From NCBI GenBank assembly GCA_963778655.1, contig CAVZVA010000010.1, positions 1,696,001 to 1,760,000 on the forward strand: DNA of 64,000 bases, given 5' to 3'. Below, in pieces: positions 1 through 8,407 of this stretch (its first letter is position 1; each line of letters begins with the position of its first letter). A program made the position numbers and the translations under genes. The notes under the pieces were generated by a model. The model was not told the DNA's origin and did no database searches. It saw only the letters and a list, made by a program, of their open reading frames with translations. Source of the stretch: an uncultured delta proteobacterium (lineage in GTDB: Bacteria; Myxococcota_A; Polyangia; Polyangiales; JAFGIB01).

Positions 1-216
1 GTGCTCGGCGATCACCCGGCGCCAGTGGCCGAGGCCGCAGCCCGCGTCCAGCACCCGGCGCACGGGCTGGCCGAGATGGGCCAGGTAGCTGCACACGAAA
101 CGCCCCAGCCGTGCGACGTCCGCCGGGCTGCTCACGCGCGTGCGCCGATTGCGGTAGAAGCGGTCGTAGTAGCGCCGGTCGAAGCGCTGCTCGGGCGGCT
201 GCGGGCTCCGGCTCAC
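1..216 (-). CDS. Class I SAM-dependent methyltransferase (5' part; runs off window edge)
   Basis: Manual translation from GTG at 216: VSRSPQPPEQRFDRRYYDRFY...VRRVLDAGCGLGHW, containing SAM motif I (VLDAGCG); starts immediately after the yjbQ stop. Confidence 0.8.
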   Translation of the reverse strand, partial: MSRSPQPPEQRFDRRYYDRFYRNRRTRVSSPADVARLGRFVCSYLAHLGQPVRRVLDAGCGLGHWRRVIAEH

Positions 217-217
217 G

Positions 218-634
218 CTACTCGCCCACCACGGTGACGCTGATCCGGCGCGTGTGCGGGGCCAGGCGGTGCTCCCAGACGTACACGCCCTGCCAGGTGC
301 CGAGGTCGCAGCGCCCGGCGCGCACCGGGATCCCGAGCGAGGTCTGGGTGAGCGCGCTGCGCACGTGCGAGGGCATGTCGTCGGGCCCCTCGGCGGTGTG
401 GCGGAACAACGGGTCGCCGTCCGGGCACAGCCGGGCCATGAACGCGTCGAGGTCGCTGTGCACGGCCGGGTCGGCGTTCTCGCTGATCAGCAGCGAGGCG
501 CTGGTGTGGTGGATGAAGACGGTGCACAGGCCGCGGCCCACCGCGGCGGCGCCCACGATGCGTTGCACCGACTCGGTGACGTCATAGGTGCCGCGGCCTT
601 TGGTGCGCAGCTCGATCTGGTCGCTGTGGAACAT
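218..634 (-). CDS. yjbQ: YjbQ/UPF0047 secondary thiamine-phosphate synthase family protein
   Basis: HTSASLLISENADPAV, HTAEGPDDMPSH and LGTWQGVYVWEHR motifs; start taken at MFHSDQ. Confidence 0.9.
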   Translation of the reverse strand: MFHSDQIELRTKGRGTYDVTESVQRIVGAAAVGRGLCTVFIHHTSASLLISENADPAVHSDLDAFMARLCPDGDPLFRHTAEGPDDMPSHVRSALTQTSLGIPVRAGRCDLGTWQGVYVWEHRLAPHTRRISVTVVGE

Positions 635-641
635 CGCCGCT

Positions 642-1295
642 CTATACTCCATGGGCGTCTGCGCCCCAGATGTATTTGTGGAGTTGCAGCTGCACGCGCA
701 CCGGCAGCTCGTCCCGCAGCACCCAGTCGACCAGCTGTCGCGGATCGAGCACGCCGTGCACGCACGACAGCAGCAGCTCGCAGGCGCGCTCGGCCAGCCG
801 CTCGCGCGCGATCAGCTCGCGCGCCCACTCGTAGTCGGCGCGGTCACGCAGAACCAGCTTGAGCTGATCTCGGACGCCGAGCAGCGTCAGGTTCTGCCAC
901 CGGTTGCGCGCGTGCTCGCCGCTGCCCGGCGCCTTGAGGTCCACGATCCGGTGCACGCGCGCGTCCACCGTGGAGATGTCGCGCTCGCCGCTGGTCTCGA
1001 GCAGGACCGTCTTGCCGGCGTCGCACAGCGCGCTCATCAGCGGTAGCACGGCCGGCTGCAGCAGCGGCTCGCCGCCGGTCACCAGCACCAACTGCGTGTG
1101 CAGGGCGAGCGCCCGCTCCAGAACCTGCGCGCGGCTCAGCCGGGTGCCGCCGTGGAACGCTGCCTCCGTGTCGCACCAGCTACAGCGCAGGTTGCAGCCG
1201 GTCAGGCGCACCAGCGTGCAGGGCAGCCCCGCGAAGCTCGATTCGCCTTGAATCGAGCGATAAATCTCGTGGATGACGAGGGTGTCGGAAGCCAT
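642..1295 (-). CDS. queE: 7-carboxy-7-deazaguanine synthase (radical SAM)
   Basis: EIYRSIQGE, RLTGCNLRCSWCDT, VTGGEP and C-terminal QLQLHKYIW. Confidence 0.92.
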   Translation of the reverse strand: MASDTLVIHEIYRSIQGESSFAGLPCTLVRLTGCNLRCSWCDTEAAFHGGTRLSRAQVLERALALHTQLVLVTGGEPLLQPAVLPLMSALCDAGKTVLLETSGERDISTVDARVHRIVDLKAPGSGEHARNRWQNLTLLGVRDQLKLVLRDRADYEWARELIARERLAERACELLLSCVHGVLDPRQLVDWVLRDELPVRVQLQLHKYIWGADAHGV

Positions 1296-1372
1296 CTGCG
1301 CGCGCGCCGAGCAAGGCCGTGCCCGGCGCGCCGTAGCCTACACCGAGAGCCGGCCCTCCGCCCGCGCTGCGC

Positions 1373-1828
1373 TCACAGCCGCCACAGCATCAGGACCAGC
1401 AGCACCACGAACAGCAGGTGCGAGATGCCGGAGAACGCGCTCAGTCGCCGCACCAGGCGCTGCGCCGGCTCGAGCGGCCCTTCGCCCGCGACGATCGCGC
1501 TCACGCGCAGCAGTGTGCTGCGCAGCGCGCCGGGCCCGACCGCCAGCCAGATCAAGCCGAGCAGCAGCGCCACGTGGTAGCGCACCGGCAGGCTTCCGAA
1601 GCCGCCGGGCCTGACGAACATCAGCGCGATGCCCAACACCACCACCAGCCCGCCCCAGGCGCCCACGATCTTGGCTTGACGCATGAGCGAGGCGAGCCGC
1701 CGTCGTGCCTCGGGGCGTTCGCTGGCCAATGCTTCGCGCAGCCAGCGCGGCATGAAGGCCGCACCTCCGAACCAGAGCATCGCGCCCATGACGTGCAGCA
1801 CGAGCAAGATCTGGAACAGCACGAGCAT
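1373..1828 (-). CDS. Small multi-TM membrane protein (DUF2269/CopD-like)
   Basis: About four hydrophobic segments; LHVMGAMLWFGG N-terminal pattern. Confidence 0.6.
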   Translation of the reverse strand: MLVLFQILLVLHVMGAMLWFGGAAFMPRWLREALASERPEARRRLASLMRQAKIVGAWGGLVVVLGIALMFVRPGGFGSLPVRYHVALLLGLIWLAVGPGALRSTLLRVSAIVAGEGPLEPAQRLVRRLSAFSGISHLLFVVLLVLMLWRL

Positions 1829-1882
1829 GACCGCGCCGACTATCGGCGATTTGCCGCGGCGCTACAAGCCGGCTGGCGTGCT

Positions 1883-2815
1883 CTACGCCGGCACCGGCGC
1901 GAGCCCCAGCGCTTCGAGGTCTTGCCGCGCGCGGCGGCTGGCTCTGCGCTGCCACAGCACCACGACGGCGAAGACCACGTTGCACGCGACCAGCCGCAGC
2001 CAGAAGTAGACCTCCAGATGGTCGAACATCGCGCAGATCGCCATCAGGTAGGAGTGCGGCGCGAGCGAGATCGCCGACCACAGCTTGACCGGGCCGCGGT
2101 TGTGCCGGCGGTAGGATTCGGCCGAGGCTTCCGAGACCTGAAAGCGTAGGTGCTCGCGGCTGCCCCACGGGTCGAGCAACGGCACCAGTTTGGTCTGCAG
2201 CCGAATCACGTCGCCGTACAAGCGAGTCGCGAGCACGGCCGTCCACCCCGCGCCTTCGGCCTTGACGCGCGCCAGCCGCGCCTCGACCTCGGCCAGACGC
2301 TCGGGCTGGCCGTTCCAGCTCGGGTTGGTCTGCTGCATGTACGACTCCTTGTAGAAGTCGTAGATGTAGATATGCACGATGGCCGAGGCGATCGCGACCG
2401 GCGCGAGCGCCAGCACCAGCACGTCGTGGTGCAGCACCCACAGGTGATAGAACGCCGGCAGCACGGTGCCGAAGCCCACCACCGCGTCCGCGCTGCCGTC
2501 GATGGCGCGGCCGAGGTCGCTGCCGCTGCGCTGCGCGCGCGCCAGGATGCCATCGGCCCCGTCCAGGATCGCGCTGGCCCAGAGCAGCGCGCCGCCCCAG
2601 ATCATCAGCGCAGGCGCGCCCACGATGAAGCAGGCGCCGGCGGCCAGGCCCACCACCGTGGCGACCAGCGTGATCTGGTTGGGCGTGACCGGGCTGCGGT
2701 AGATCAGCGCGACCAGCCCATAGGCCAGCGGCCGGTGCAGCCACAGGTTGACCGGATCCTCCACGTCGCGCGACTTGAGCAGCGACTCGAACGCTGGGAG
2801 CTTCGGCGTCGACAT
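1883..2815 (-). CDS. CDP-alcohol phosphatidyltransferase family protein
   Basis: TPNQIT and the signature D-G-x-D-G-x2-A-R-x8-G-x3-D-x3-D (LDGADGILARAQRSGSDLGRAIDGSAD). Confidence 0.9.
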   Translation of the reverse strand: MSTPKLPAFESLLKSRDVEDPVNLWLHRPLAYGLVALIYRSPVTPNQITLVATVVGLAAGACFIVGAPALMIWGGALLWASAILDGADGILARAQRSGSDLGRAIDGSADAVVGFGTVLPAFYHLWVLHHDVLVLALAPVAIASAIVHIYIYDFYKESYMQQTNPSWNGQPERLAEVEARLARVKAEGAGWTAVLATRLYGDVIRLQTKLVPLLDPWGSREHLRFQVSEASAESYRRHNRGPVKLWSAISLAPHSYLMAICAMFDHLEVYFWLRLVACNVVFAVVVLWQRRASRRARQDLEALGLAPVPA

Positions 2816-2905
2816 CCGCGGGTCCGGCTGGGCCTCTTAGCACCTTTGGCGCGGCGGAGAAAGCGTGCTATTTGAAGCGCGCCAGAAAGGTCCAAGGAGC
2901 AGCCG

Positions 2906-3898
2906 ATGTACCTGCCCAAGAACCCGCTTGCGGCGCTGCACAGGGGAGCTTCTGCGCTGCTCGCGCCGGCCACGCCGCTGCTGGCGCAGATGGTGGTGAT
3001 TCGCCGCTGCAACCTGAGCTGCGGCTACTGCAACGAGTACGACGACTACTCCGATCCGCTGGCGCTGGTCGAGCTCTACCGTCGCATCGATCACCTCGCC
3101 TCGCTCGGCACCGTCACCGTCACCCTGACCGGCGGCGAGCCGCTGCTGCACCCGGAGCTCGACAAGCTGGTCGCGCGCGTGGTCAGCCACGGCATGGTGT
3201 GCACCACCATCACCAACGGCTATCCGGTGACGCGGCGTTGGATCGAGCGGCTCAACCAGGCCGGGCTGTCGTGGGTGCAGATCTCGATCGACAACCTGCA
3301 GCCCAACGACGTCTCACAGAAGTCGCTCTCCAAGATCAAGCACAAGCTCGAGTTGCTGCGCGAGCACGCGCGCTTCGGCGTCAACGTCAACGCCGTGCTC
3401 GGCTCGTGCGCGCCCGAGGACACGCGCACCCTGGTGCGCGAGGTCGAGCAGCTCGGGCTGTACATGACGGTCGGGCTGATGCACGACGGCAACGGTCAGC
3501 TCGACGCGGGCCTGGCCGGCGACACGCTGGCCGCGCTCTACGGCGAGCTGCGTGCGCACAGCAACAAGACCGTCTTCCACCTGGCCGGCGAGGGCTGGGA
3601 GCGGGAGATGATCCGCGACGGCGTCTCGCCCTGGAAGTGCCGGGCGGGCGGGCGCTACCTCTACGTGGACGAGCACGGCAAGGTCTCGTATTGCAGCCAG
3701 CGCCGGGGCGACCCCGGGATCGACCTGCTCGCGTACGGCAAACCCGAGCTGCGCGCGGCCTTCGACGCCAAGAAGGGCTGCGAGGCAGCGTGCACGATCG
3801 CCTGCGTGCGCCGCGCCTCCTCGCTCGACGGCTGGCGCGCGCAGCCCGGCTCGGCCGAGCCGCCCGAGCGCCGCGCCTCGCTGCCCGTGGTCTCCTGA
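2906..3898 (+). CDS. Radical SAM protein with C-terminal Cys-rich (Twitch/SPASM-like) extension
   Basis: CNLSCGYC, TGGEPLLHP; C-terminal CRAG...YCSQ...CEAACTIAC. Confidence 0.88.
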   Translation: MYLPKNPLAALHRGASALLAPATPLLAQMVVIRRCNLSCGYCNEYDDYSDPLALVELYRRIDHLASLGTVTVTLTGGEPLLHPELDKLVARVVSHGMVCTTITNGYPVTRRWIERLNQAGLSWVQISIDNLQPNDVSQKSLSKIKHKLELLREHARFGVNVNAVLGSCAPEDTRTLVREVEQLGLYMTVGLMHDGNGQLDAGLAGDTLAALYGELRAHSNKTVFHLAGEGWEREMIRDGVSPWKCRAGGRYLYVDEHGKVSYCSQRRGDPGIDLLAYGKPELRAAFDAKKGCEAACTIACVRRASSLDGWRAQPGSAEPPERRASLPVVS

Positions 3899-3948
3899 GC
3901 GCGCTCCCCTTGCGGCGTACCGGGGCCCGTGTATCTTCGTCGCCGTCT

Positions 3949-4038
3949 GGAGGAGTGGCCGAGTGGTCGAAGGCGGCGGACTTGAAATCCGTTGAATCCG
4001 CGAGGATTCCAGGGGTTCGAATCCCTTCTCCTCCGCCA
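3949..4038 (+). tRNA. tRNA-Ser (anticodon TGA), CCA encoded
   Basis: GGAGGAG/CTCCTCC acceptor stem, anticodon arm GCGGA-CTTGAAA-TCCGT, long variable arm, GGTTCGAATCC T arm. Confidence 0.97.
3981..4036 (+). repeat. att site (tRNA-proximal copy), 56 bp
   Basis: CTTGAAATCCGTTGAATCCGCGAGGATTCCAGGGGTTCGAATCCCTTCTCCTCCGC, identical to 9130-9185. Confidence 0.95.
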
Positions 4039-4490
4039 TGAAATCACATCATTTTCTGGAATGCGCAGCGGCGAAGAACGGTGTTGGGGGGTCGCTGTAT
4101 GGACAGTTTTCTTGGACAGCTTCGCGATCGGCCGTCACTGCCTTGGGACTGAAGCACGAACGCGAGACGAGGCGCACGGCGTCTGAGCGAGGTTCTGTGC
4201 CCGGAGCGCACCACGCACCCGAATCTTGGCGCTCGGCAAACCGGGAGGCGCGCCCGCAGCCACGAGCAGACATCGACGGCGGCGCGGTGACCAGTGCTTC
4301 ATGGGCTTCCCATTCTGCGGCAAGCCGAATGCGGTCGCGCCGCTCGACGAGCAGTTAGACCAATGCGCTAGGTTGATCGCGCGCCCGGGGTCGCCAAGGG
4401 GGCCCGCCATGGAGGCTGGCAGCGGGAGGACCCCCCCCGCGCGGAACGGCAGGCCGCGGCCCGGGCCGCATTCTCGAGGCGAATGCACCC

Positions 4491-4534
4491 TTGAATAGCG
4501 GGCTCATTTGAGCTATATTATTTGCGCAAAGGAG
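4491..4534 (+). promoter_or_regulatory. Sigma70-type promoter with palindromic operators for the Xre/RES TA operon
   Basis: TTGAAT (4491-4496), 17-bp spacer, TATATT (4514-4519); inverted repeat GCTCA-TT-TGAGC (4502-4513); palindrome TTTGCGCAAA (4521-4530); RBS AAGGAG before ATG 4540. Confidence 0.7.
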
Positions 4535-4539
4535 CACGC

Positions 4540-5052
4540 ATGAAAGCCAAGGATGTCGGCACAGCGAATCACGAACTCAACGTCGTCCAGCCGGTCAAGG
4601 TGGATCTCGAGGGCGCGATCCGCTCGGGCCGTTACCAACAGGTGCGTGTTGCGAACATCGCGGTGCGCGTCGAGGCGATTCGACGCGGTCTCACCGCCTA
4701 CGTGGTCACGAAGCTCGCCGACGATATGTCGATTCCGCGGGAGCGCCTCTACGTGACGCTCGGGCTACCCCGCGCTACCGTCGTTCGCAAGATCAAGGTC
4801 GGTGCGCGAATGGATGCTGACGACTCGGAGCGCGTCTTGGGCCTCGCCGATCTGATTGGCCAGGTCGAGGAGATGGTCGCGCGCTCCGGAGACCCGAAGG
4901 GCTTCGACGCGGCCGAGTGGGTTGCGCAGTGGCTCGAGCAACCGGTAGCGGCACTTGGCAACAAGCGACCCGCTGAGTGGATGGACACTTCGGTCGGCCA
5001 GCGTCTTGTTTCGGAGACGCTCGCGCGAATGGAGAGCGGAACGTACGCATGA
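4540..5052 (+). CDS. Antitoxin, Xre/MbcA/ParS-like (DUF2384) family
   Basis: HTH region (LGLPRATVVRK) and C-terminal WLEQPVAALGNKRPAEWMDTSVGQRLV...ESGTYA; ATGA overlap with the RES gene. Confidence 0.9.
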   Translation: MKAKDVGTANHELNVVQPVKVDLEGAIRSGRYQQVRVANIAVRVEAIRRGLTAYVVTKLADDMSIPRERLYVTLGLPRATVVRKIKVGARMDADDSERVLGLADLIGQVEEMVARSGDPKGFDAAEWVAQWLEQPVAALGNKRPAEWMDTSVGQRLVSETLARMESGTYA

Positions 5053-5525
5053 CGATGTCGCTCTGGCGAATCGCCACGGACACTCCGAACTACGGTGCCG
5101 ACGACTTGACGGGAAAAGGTGCCGAGCTGACAGGTGGTCGATGGAACCGCAAGGGCACACCGGCGCTGTACACCTCAACCAACATCTCGCTCGCATGTTT
5201 GGAGACGCTCGTGCACTTCGGCGCCGCAAGCCTGCCGCTGAATCGCTATCTCGTGGAGATCAGGGTTCCGGATACGGTCTGGGCTGCACGCGAGGTCCAC
5301 TCCACGTCGTCCCTTGCAGTCGGCTGGGATGCGGTCCCCGCGGGGCTCGTGTCGATCGATCTGGGTGATGCCTGGCTTGCTTCGAAGCGCTCAGCTCTGC
5401 TCGAGATTCCTTCCATCATCGTGCCGGAAGAGAACAACGTCCTCATCAACCCGCGGTACACCTTGAGCGCGCCGATTGTCGCCGTGAAGCGGCGACGCTG
5501 GGTCTACGACGCTCGTCTCCGTTGA
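5049..5525 (+). CDS. RES-domain toxin (NAD+ phosphorylase-like)
   Basis: LWRI...GKGAELTGGRWNRKGTPALYTS..LACLE, IPSIIVPEENNVLINP, YDARL. Confidence 0.93.
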   Translation: MTMSLWRIATDTPNYGADDLTGKGAELTGGRWNRKGTPALYTSTNISLACLETLVHFGAASLPLNRYLVEIRVPDTVWAAREVHSTSSLAVGWDAVPAGLVSIDLGDAWLASKRSALLEIPSIIVPEENNVLINPRYTLSAPIVAVKRRRWVYDARLR

Positions 5526-5611
5526 CGGTTGTGTCGAAGAGCGAATCCGAATGCTGACGATGGGGACCCCCTCCCGCTGGACTCTGGGCGCTTGGATTTC
5601 CGCGCGATGCG

Positions 5612-5720
5612 CGCAGGTTAGGGCTTCGTCCGCGCGCGAGGCACGTAGCCCCGCGAGATCCGGCAAGTGAGCAATGCGGCTTGGCTCCGGCGGCGGAGCC
5701 GCGACTGGCGCCGCTTGCTC
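5612..5720 (-). pseudogene. Diverged, frameshifted duplicate of the 3' end of the Xis-like gene
   Basis: Aligns by eye with 6901-7008 (EQAAPVAAPPPEPSR[IV]AHL...GYVPRAR.KP) with substitutions and one indel. Confidence 0.8.
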
Positions 5721-5850
5721 GCTAACCCGGTAGAGGGCCAGCACGGGGACCCTTCAGGACCATCGGAGTATCGGCACGCGGAGACACAATTCAGCAGCGC
5801 GGCGGTCCCGATCGAATTGGAGACGACGCCGTTCAGCTCGGGCGCCAGTC

Positions 5851-6591
5851 CTACCAAGTCCCGTGCCCGGCTTTGGAAAGGAAGGCGGTCAGCTGCGTCG
5901 ATGAGAAGTCGTATCGCTTCGTCCCCTTCGACAACTGCTTGGTGGGCGTCGTTGGCGGAGTCGGAGTGGCTCCCCGCGTGAGGTGCACGAAGGTCAGCCC
6001 GCGCCCCAGCAGGCCCGCGGTTTCGATGGCCGCCCTGAAGTCGCGGAAGAGCCAGTCCGGATGGACCTTGACCAAGACGTCCCCGTTCGGTTCGACGTGA
6101 TATCCGAGGTGCTCCGGGGGTCGACCCACGACGGCGTCGATCTCCGGACAGCCGTACGCAGCCCCCACGAGCTGTGTGTGCAGGTCCTTCGAGTCATTGA
6201 GGCCCACGAGAATCTGCTGGTACTGGTGCGCCTGGCCGTGCCTGATCATGTCGTAGAGCGCCCAGAGCAACTGGGCCTCGGCCTGACCGTTGGCGGTCTC
6301 GTACGGCAAGTCGAAATCCTTCGGTCGGGCGCACGGCCCAGGCAGCAGTGTGAAGTATTTGGGGTCGATGCTGCCGAGCGCTGTCGACACATCCCTGAGT
6401 GCGCCGCCGCTCTTGTCATTGACGCAGAGGCGTGCCGCCCATTCGAGCAGCGTCATGGCGAGCCAGCCGAACATGAAGTTGCCACGTCCCGTCACCGCAT
6501 TATCCGGTAGCCGAACGAGCGCCCTCCATGCGCTCTCAAAATCGTGTGTAATGAACTCGTAGGTCGTCTTCGGATCCAGGTTCTGGGCCAA
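5851..6591 (-). CDS. Hypothetical protein with HEPN-like R-x4-H motif
   Basis: 246-aa ORF with protein-like composition and TTG start; LYDMIRHGQAHQY motif; N-terminal helix with Glu (LAMTLLEWAARL). Confidence 0.7.
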   Translation of the reverse strand: MAQNLDPKTTYEFITHDFESAWRALVRLPDNAVTGRGNFMFGWLAMTLLEWAARLCVNDKSGGALRDVSTALGSIDPKYFTLLPGPCARPKDFDLPYETANGQAEAQLLWALYDMIRHGQAHQYQQILVGLNDSKDLHTQLVGAAYGCPEIDAVVGRPPEHLGYHVEPNGDVLVKVHPDWLFRDFRAAIETAGLLGRGLTFVHLTRGATPTPPTTPTKQLSKGTKRYDFSSTQLTAFLSKAGHGTW

Positions 6592-6906
6592 CGTCCAGCC
6601 TACCAGTTGCGGTGTTGCTTTCCTCGTCCGTCAGCACGGCGGTTCACGATTCGCCGCCCGAGTCGATCATGAAGCGGGCAGCTCGCTGGCGCAGCGTCCT
6701 CGAAGTCGTCCCCTCGTCCCCAGCAAGGCGCGACGCTTCGCGTAGACGAACTCGCGGAGCCGCTCCTCAAGTACCGGTGGACATGTCGAGCGGGAAGTGA
6801 GTGGCGAGCGCGGGCGGGGCGATGGTCGGGCTTCTGCGAAAAATCATCCGCGCGCCATATTGTTGCGGGCCTGGCCTAACAACCTATGACCGGCCAGCTT
6901 CGCAGG

Positions 6907-7272
6907 TTAGGGCTTCATCCGCGCGCGCGGTACGTAGCCGGCGCGATCCAACAAATGAGCAACGCGGCTTGGCTCGGGCGGCGGGGCCGCAACCGGCGCC
7001 GCCTGCTCCCTAGCGCGGCTATCAATCCGCTTCGCCGCCAGCCACCGATCCAGCTCACGTGCGCGCACCAGAACTTGGCGGCCCACGCGCGATGCCTCGA
7101 GCTCCCCGCGGCGCGCGGCGTCCATCACGCTGCGCCACGGCACCGGACACTGCTGCGGGTCGCGTACGTCGATCCACCGATCGGGGTCCGATGTCCCCGC
7201 CTGCGCTTCGACCACGCGCGCAAGAAGCTCCCGCAGAGAAACATCGAGCGGATCGCAGTGCTTCACAGTCAT
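6907..7272 (-). CDS. Excisionase-like helix-turn-helix DNA-binding protein
   Basis: SVMDAARRGELEASRVGRQVLVRARELDRWL resembles the Xis/HTH_17 pattern; ATGA coupling to the upstream ORF. Confidence 0.7.
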   Translation of the reverse strand: MTVKHCDPLDVSLRELLARVVEAQAGTSDPDRWIDVRDPQQCPVPWRSVMDAARRGELEASRVGRQVLVRARELDRWLAAKRIDSRAREQAAPVAAPPPEPSRVAHLLDRAGYVPRARMKP

Positions 7273-7529
7273 GGCAACGACTCGTTGTGGAAAGTGCGGC
7301 AGCGTTCGCCGTCCGGCCTTAGTGCGGACGGCACGCGCGCGAGCTCGACGAAGCCCTCCATGCGATTGGCGCCCTGCCCATACGGCGGCTGCCAGAACTC
7401 GACGTACGTGGCACCGAGCTCTCGGGCCCGCCCAATCGCCCTCGCGCGAAGCTCATCCGTGAGGGACTCCTCCTCGCGCAGGTCCGCGTAGACCGTCGTC
7501 TGGTCGCAACTGTCGAGCGCTACTTGCAT
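7269..7529 (-). CDS. Small hypothetical protein in the traM-xis operon
   Basis: MQVALDSCDQTTVYADL...; overlaps the traM stop and the xis start. Confidence 0.45.
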   Translation of the reverse strand: MQVALDSCDQTTVYADLREEESLTDELRARAIGRARELGATYVEFWQPPYGQGANRMEGFVELARVPSALRPDGERCRTFHNESLP

Positions 7530-8014
7530 GGCGCCGTCCCCGCGATACACGCGATTTCTTCGCTCCGCTTTTGCGGGCGATGCGGCGCGCCAAAGCTCGC
7601 CCACACGAATGTCGCGGCTGCCAGCATGGCGACCGCTGCCGACAGCGCGCACGTGAGTGTTGCGCGCGACAGAGCCTTGTTGTGCCGTTCGAGTGCCTGC
7701 TCGAGCCCCTCAACGGCCGCCGAGGCGGCCTTGCGCAGCTCGGTGCTCACGCCTGAGGCGATCGAGACCGGTACGTGCTGAAGAAACTGCGAAGCGGTTC
7801 GCTTCGAGTCTTCGTGCCACTTGGCCGCCGCCGCCTCGAGCTCCGAGCGGTGCTGCTTTAGCGCTTCGGATTGTGCCTGCTCTGCCTGGCGCAGAACGTT
7901 TTCGAGAATTCGCCGCGTCGCCGTCTGCAGCACCAGGATTGGATCGCCTCGGTCAAGGGCCACCCCGTGCTCGACGGCGAGCTCACGAATCAGGTCGGTG
8001 ACATCGTCGTTCAC
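7520..8014 (-). CDS. traM: IncP-type conjugal transfer protein TraM homologue
   Basis: DLIRELAVEHGVALDRGDPILVLQT...KWHEDSKRTA and a C-terminal TM ending VWAS resemble RP4-type TraM as recalled. Confidence 0.75.
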   Translation of the reverse strand: MNDDVTDLIRELAVEHGVALDRGDPILVLQTATRRILENVLRQAEQAQSEALKQHRSELEAAAAKWHEDSKRTASQFLQHVPVSIASGVSTELRKAASAAVEGLEQALERHNKALSRATLTCALSAAVAMLAAATFVWASFGAPHRPQKRSEEIACIAGTAPCK

Positions 8015-8100
8015 AGCACGCCCGCGAGATCGAGGCGCTCGTAGAGGTCACGCTGCGCCATCTTCAAGCGCTGGCGCGTCATGAGCAGCACGGACGGATC
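8011..8100 (-). pseudogene. C-terminal remnant of IncP-type TraL
   Basis: DPSVLLMTRQRLKMAQRDLYERLDLAGVL* resembles the TraL C-terminus (MTRQRLK); GTGA overlap with the traM start; no upstream body. Confidence 0.65.
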
Positions 8101-8189
8101 CCGCGACCGCCTCGCGGAACGGCCGCTTTGCTTTGAGGAGCTCCGACAGATCGTGGCCCGTGGCATGGCAAGCACGCGACACGGACAAG

Positions 8190-8347
8190 GGACCATCGAA
8201 ACGGAAGAGATCATGCGGCGCTACGATCGTGGCGCGCGCATGCTCGCCGATCTCAAGTACGTGCCTTTTCCCGACCTCTCGGACGTGCTGCCGGAGCTCT
8301 GCAAGGACCCGTCGAACGTGGTGCGGCTGCGAGGCGGACGCGGGTAG
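8190..8347 (+). pseudogene. Possible C-terminal remnant of a tyrosine integrase
   Basis: ETEEIMRRYDRGARMLADLKYVPFPDLSDVLPEL resembles the catalytic-Tyr helix and tail of myxobacterial phage-type integrases; the rest of the gene is absent. Confidence 0.45.
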
Positions 8348-8407
8348 CGCGGCGTGCCGCCGTGCGGCTCGACCGCGTCGAGGCTGTCGTCGTCCGCCGC
8401 CCCGGCG

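Noticed and set aside
642..1295. queE as part of a 7-deazaguanine DNA-modification (dpd) defence system
   Set aside because: No dpdA/tgt-like or other dpd genes nearby; the context is housekeeping
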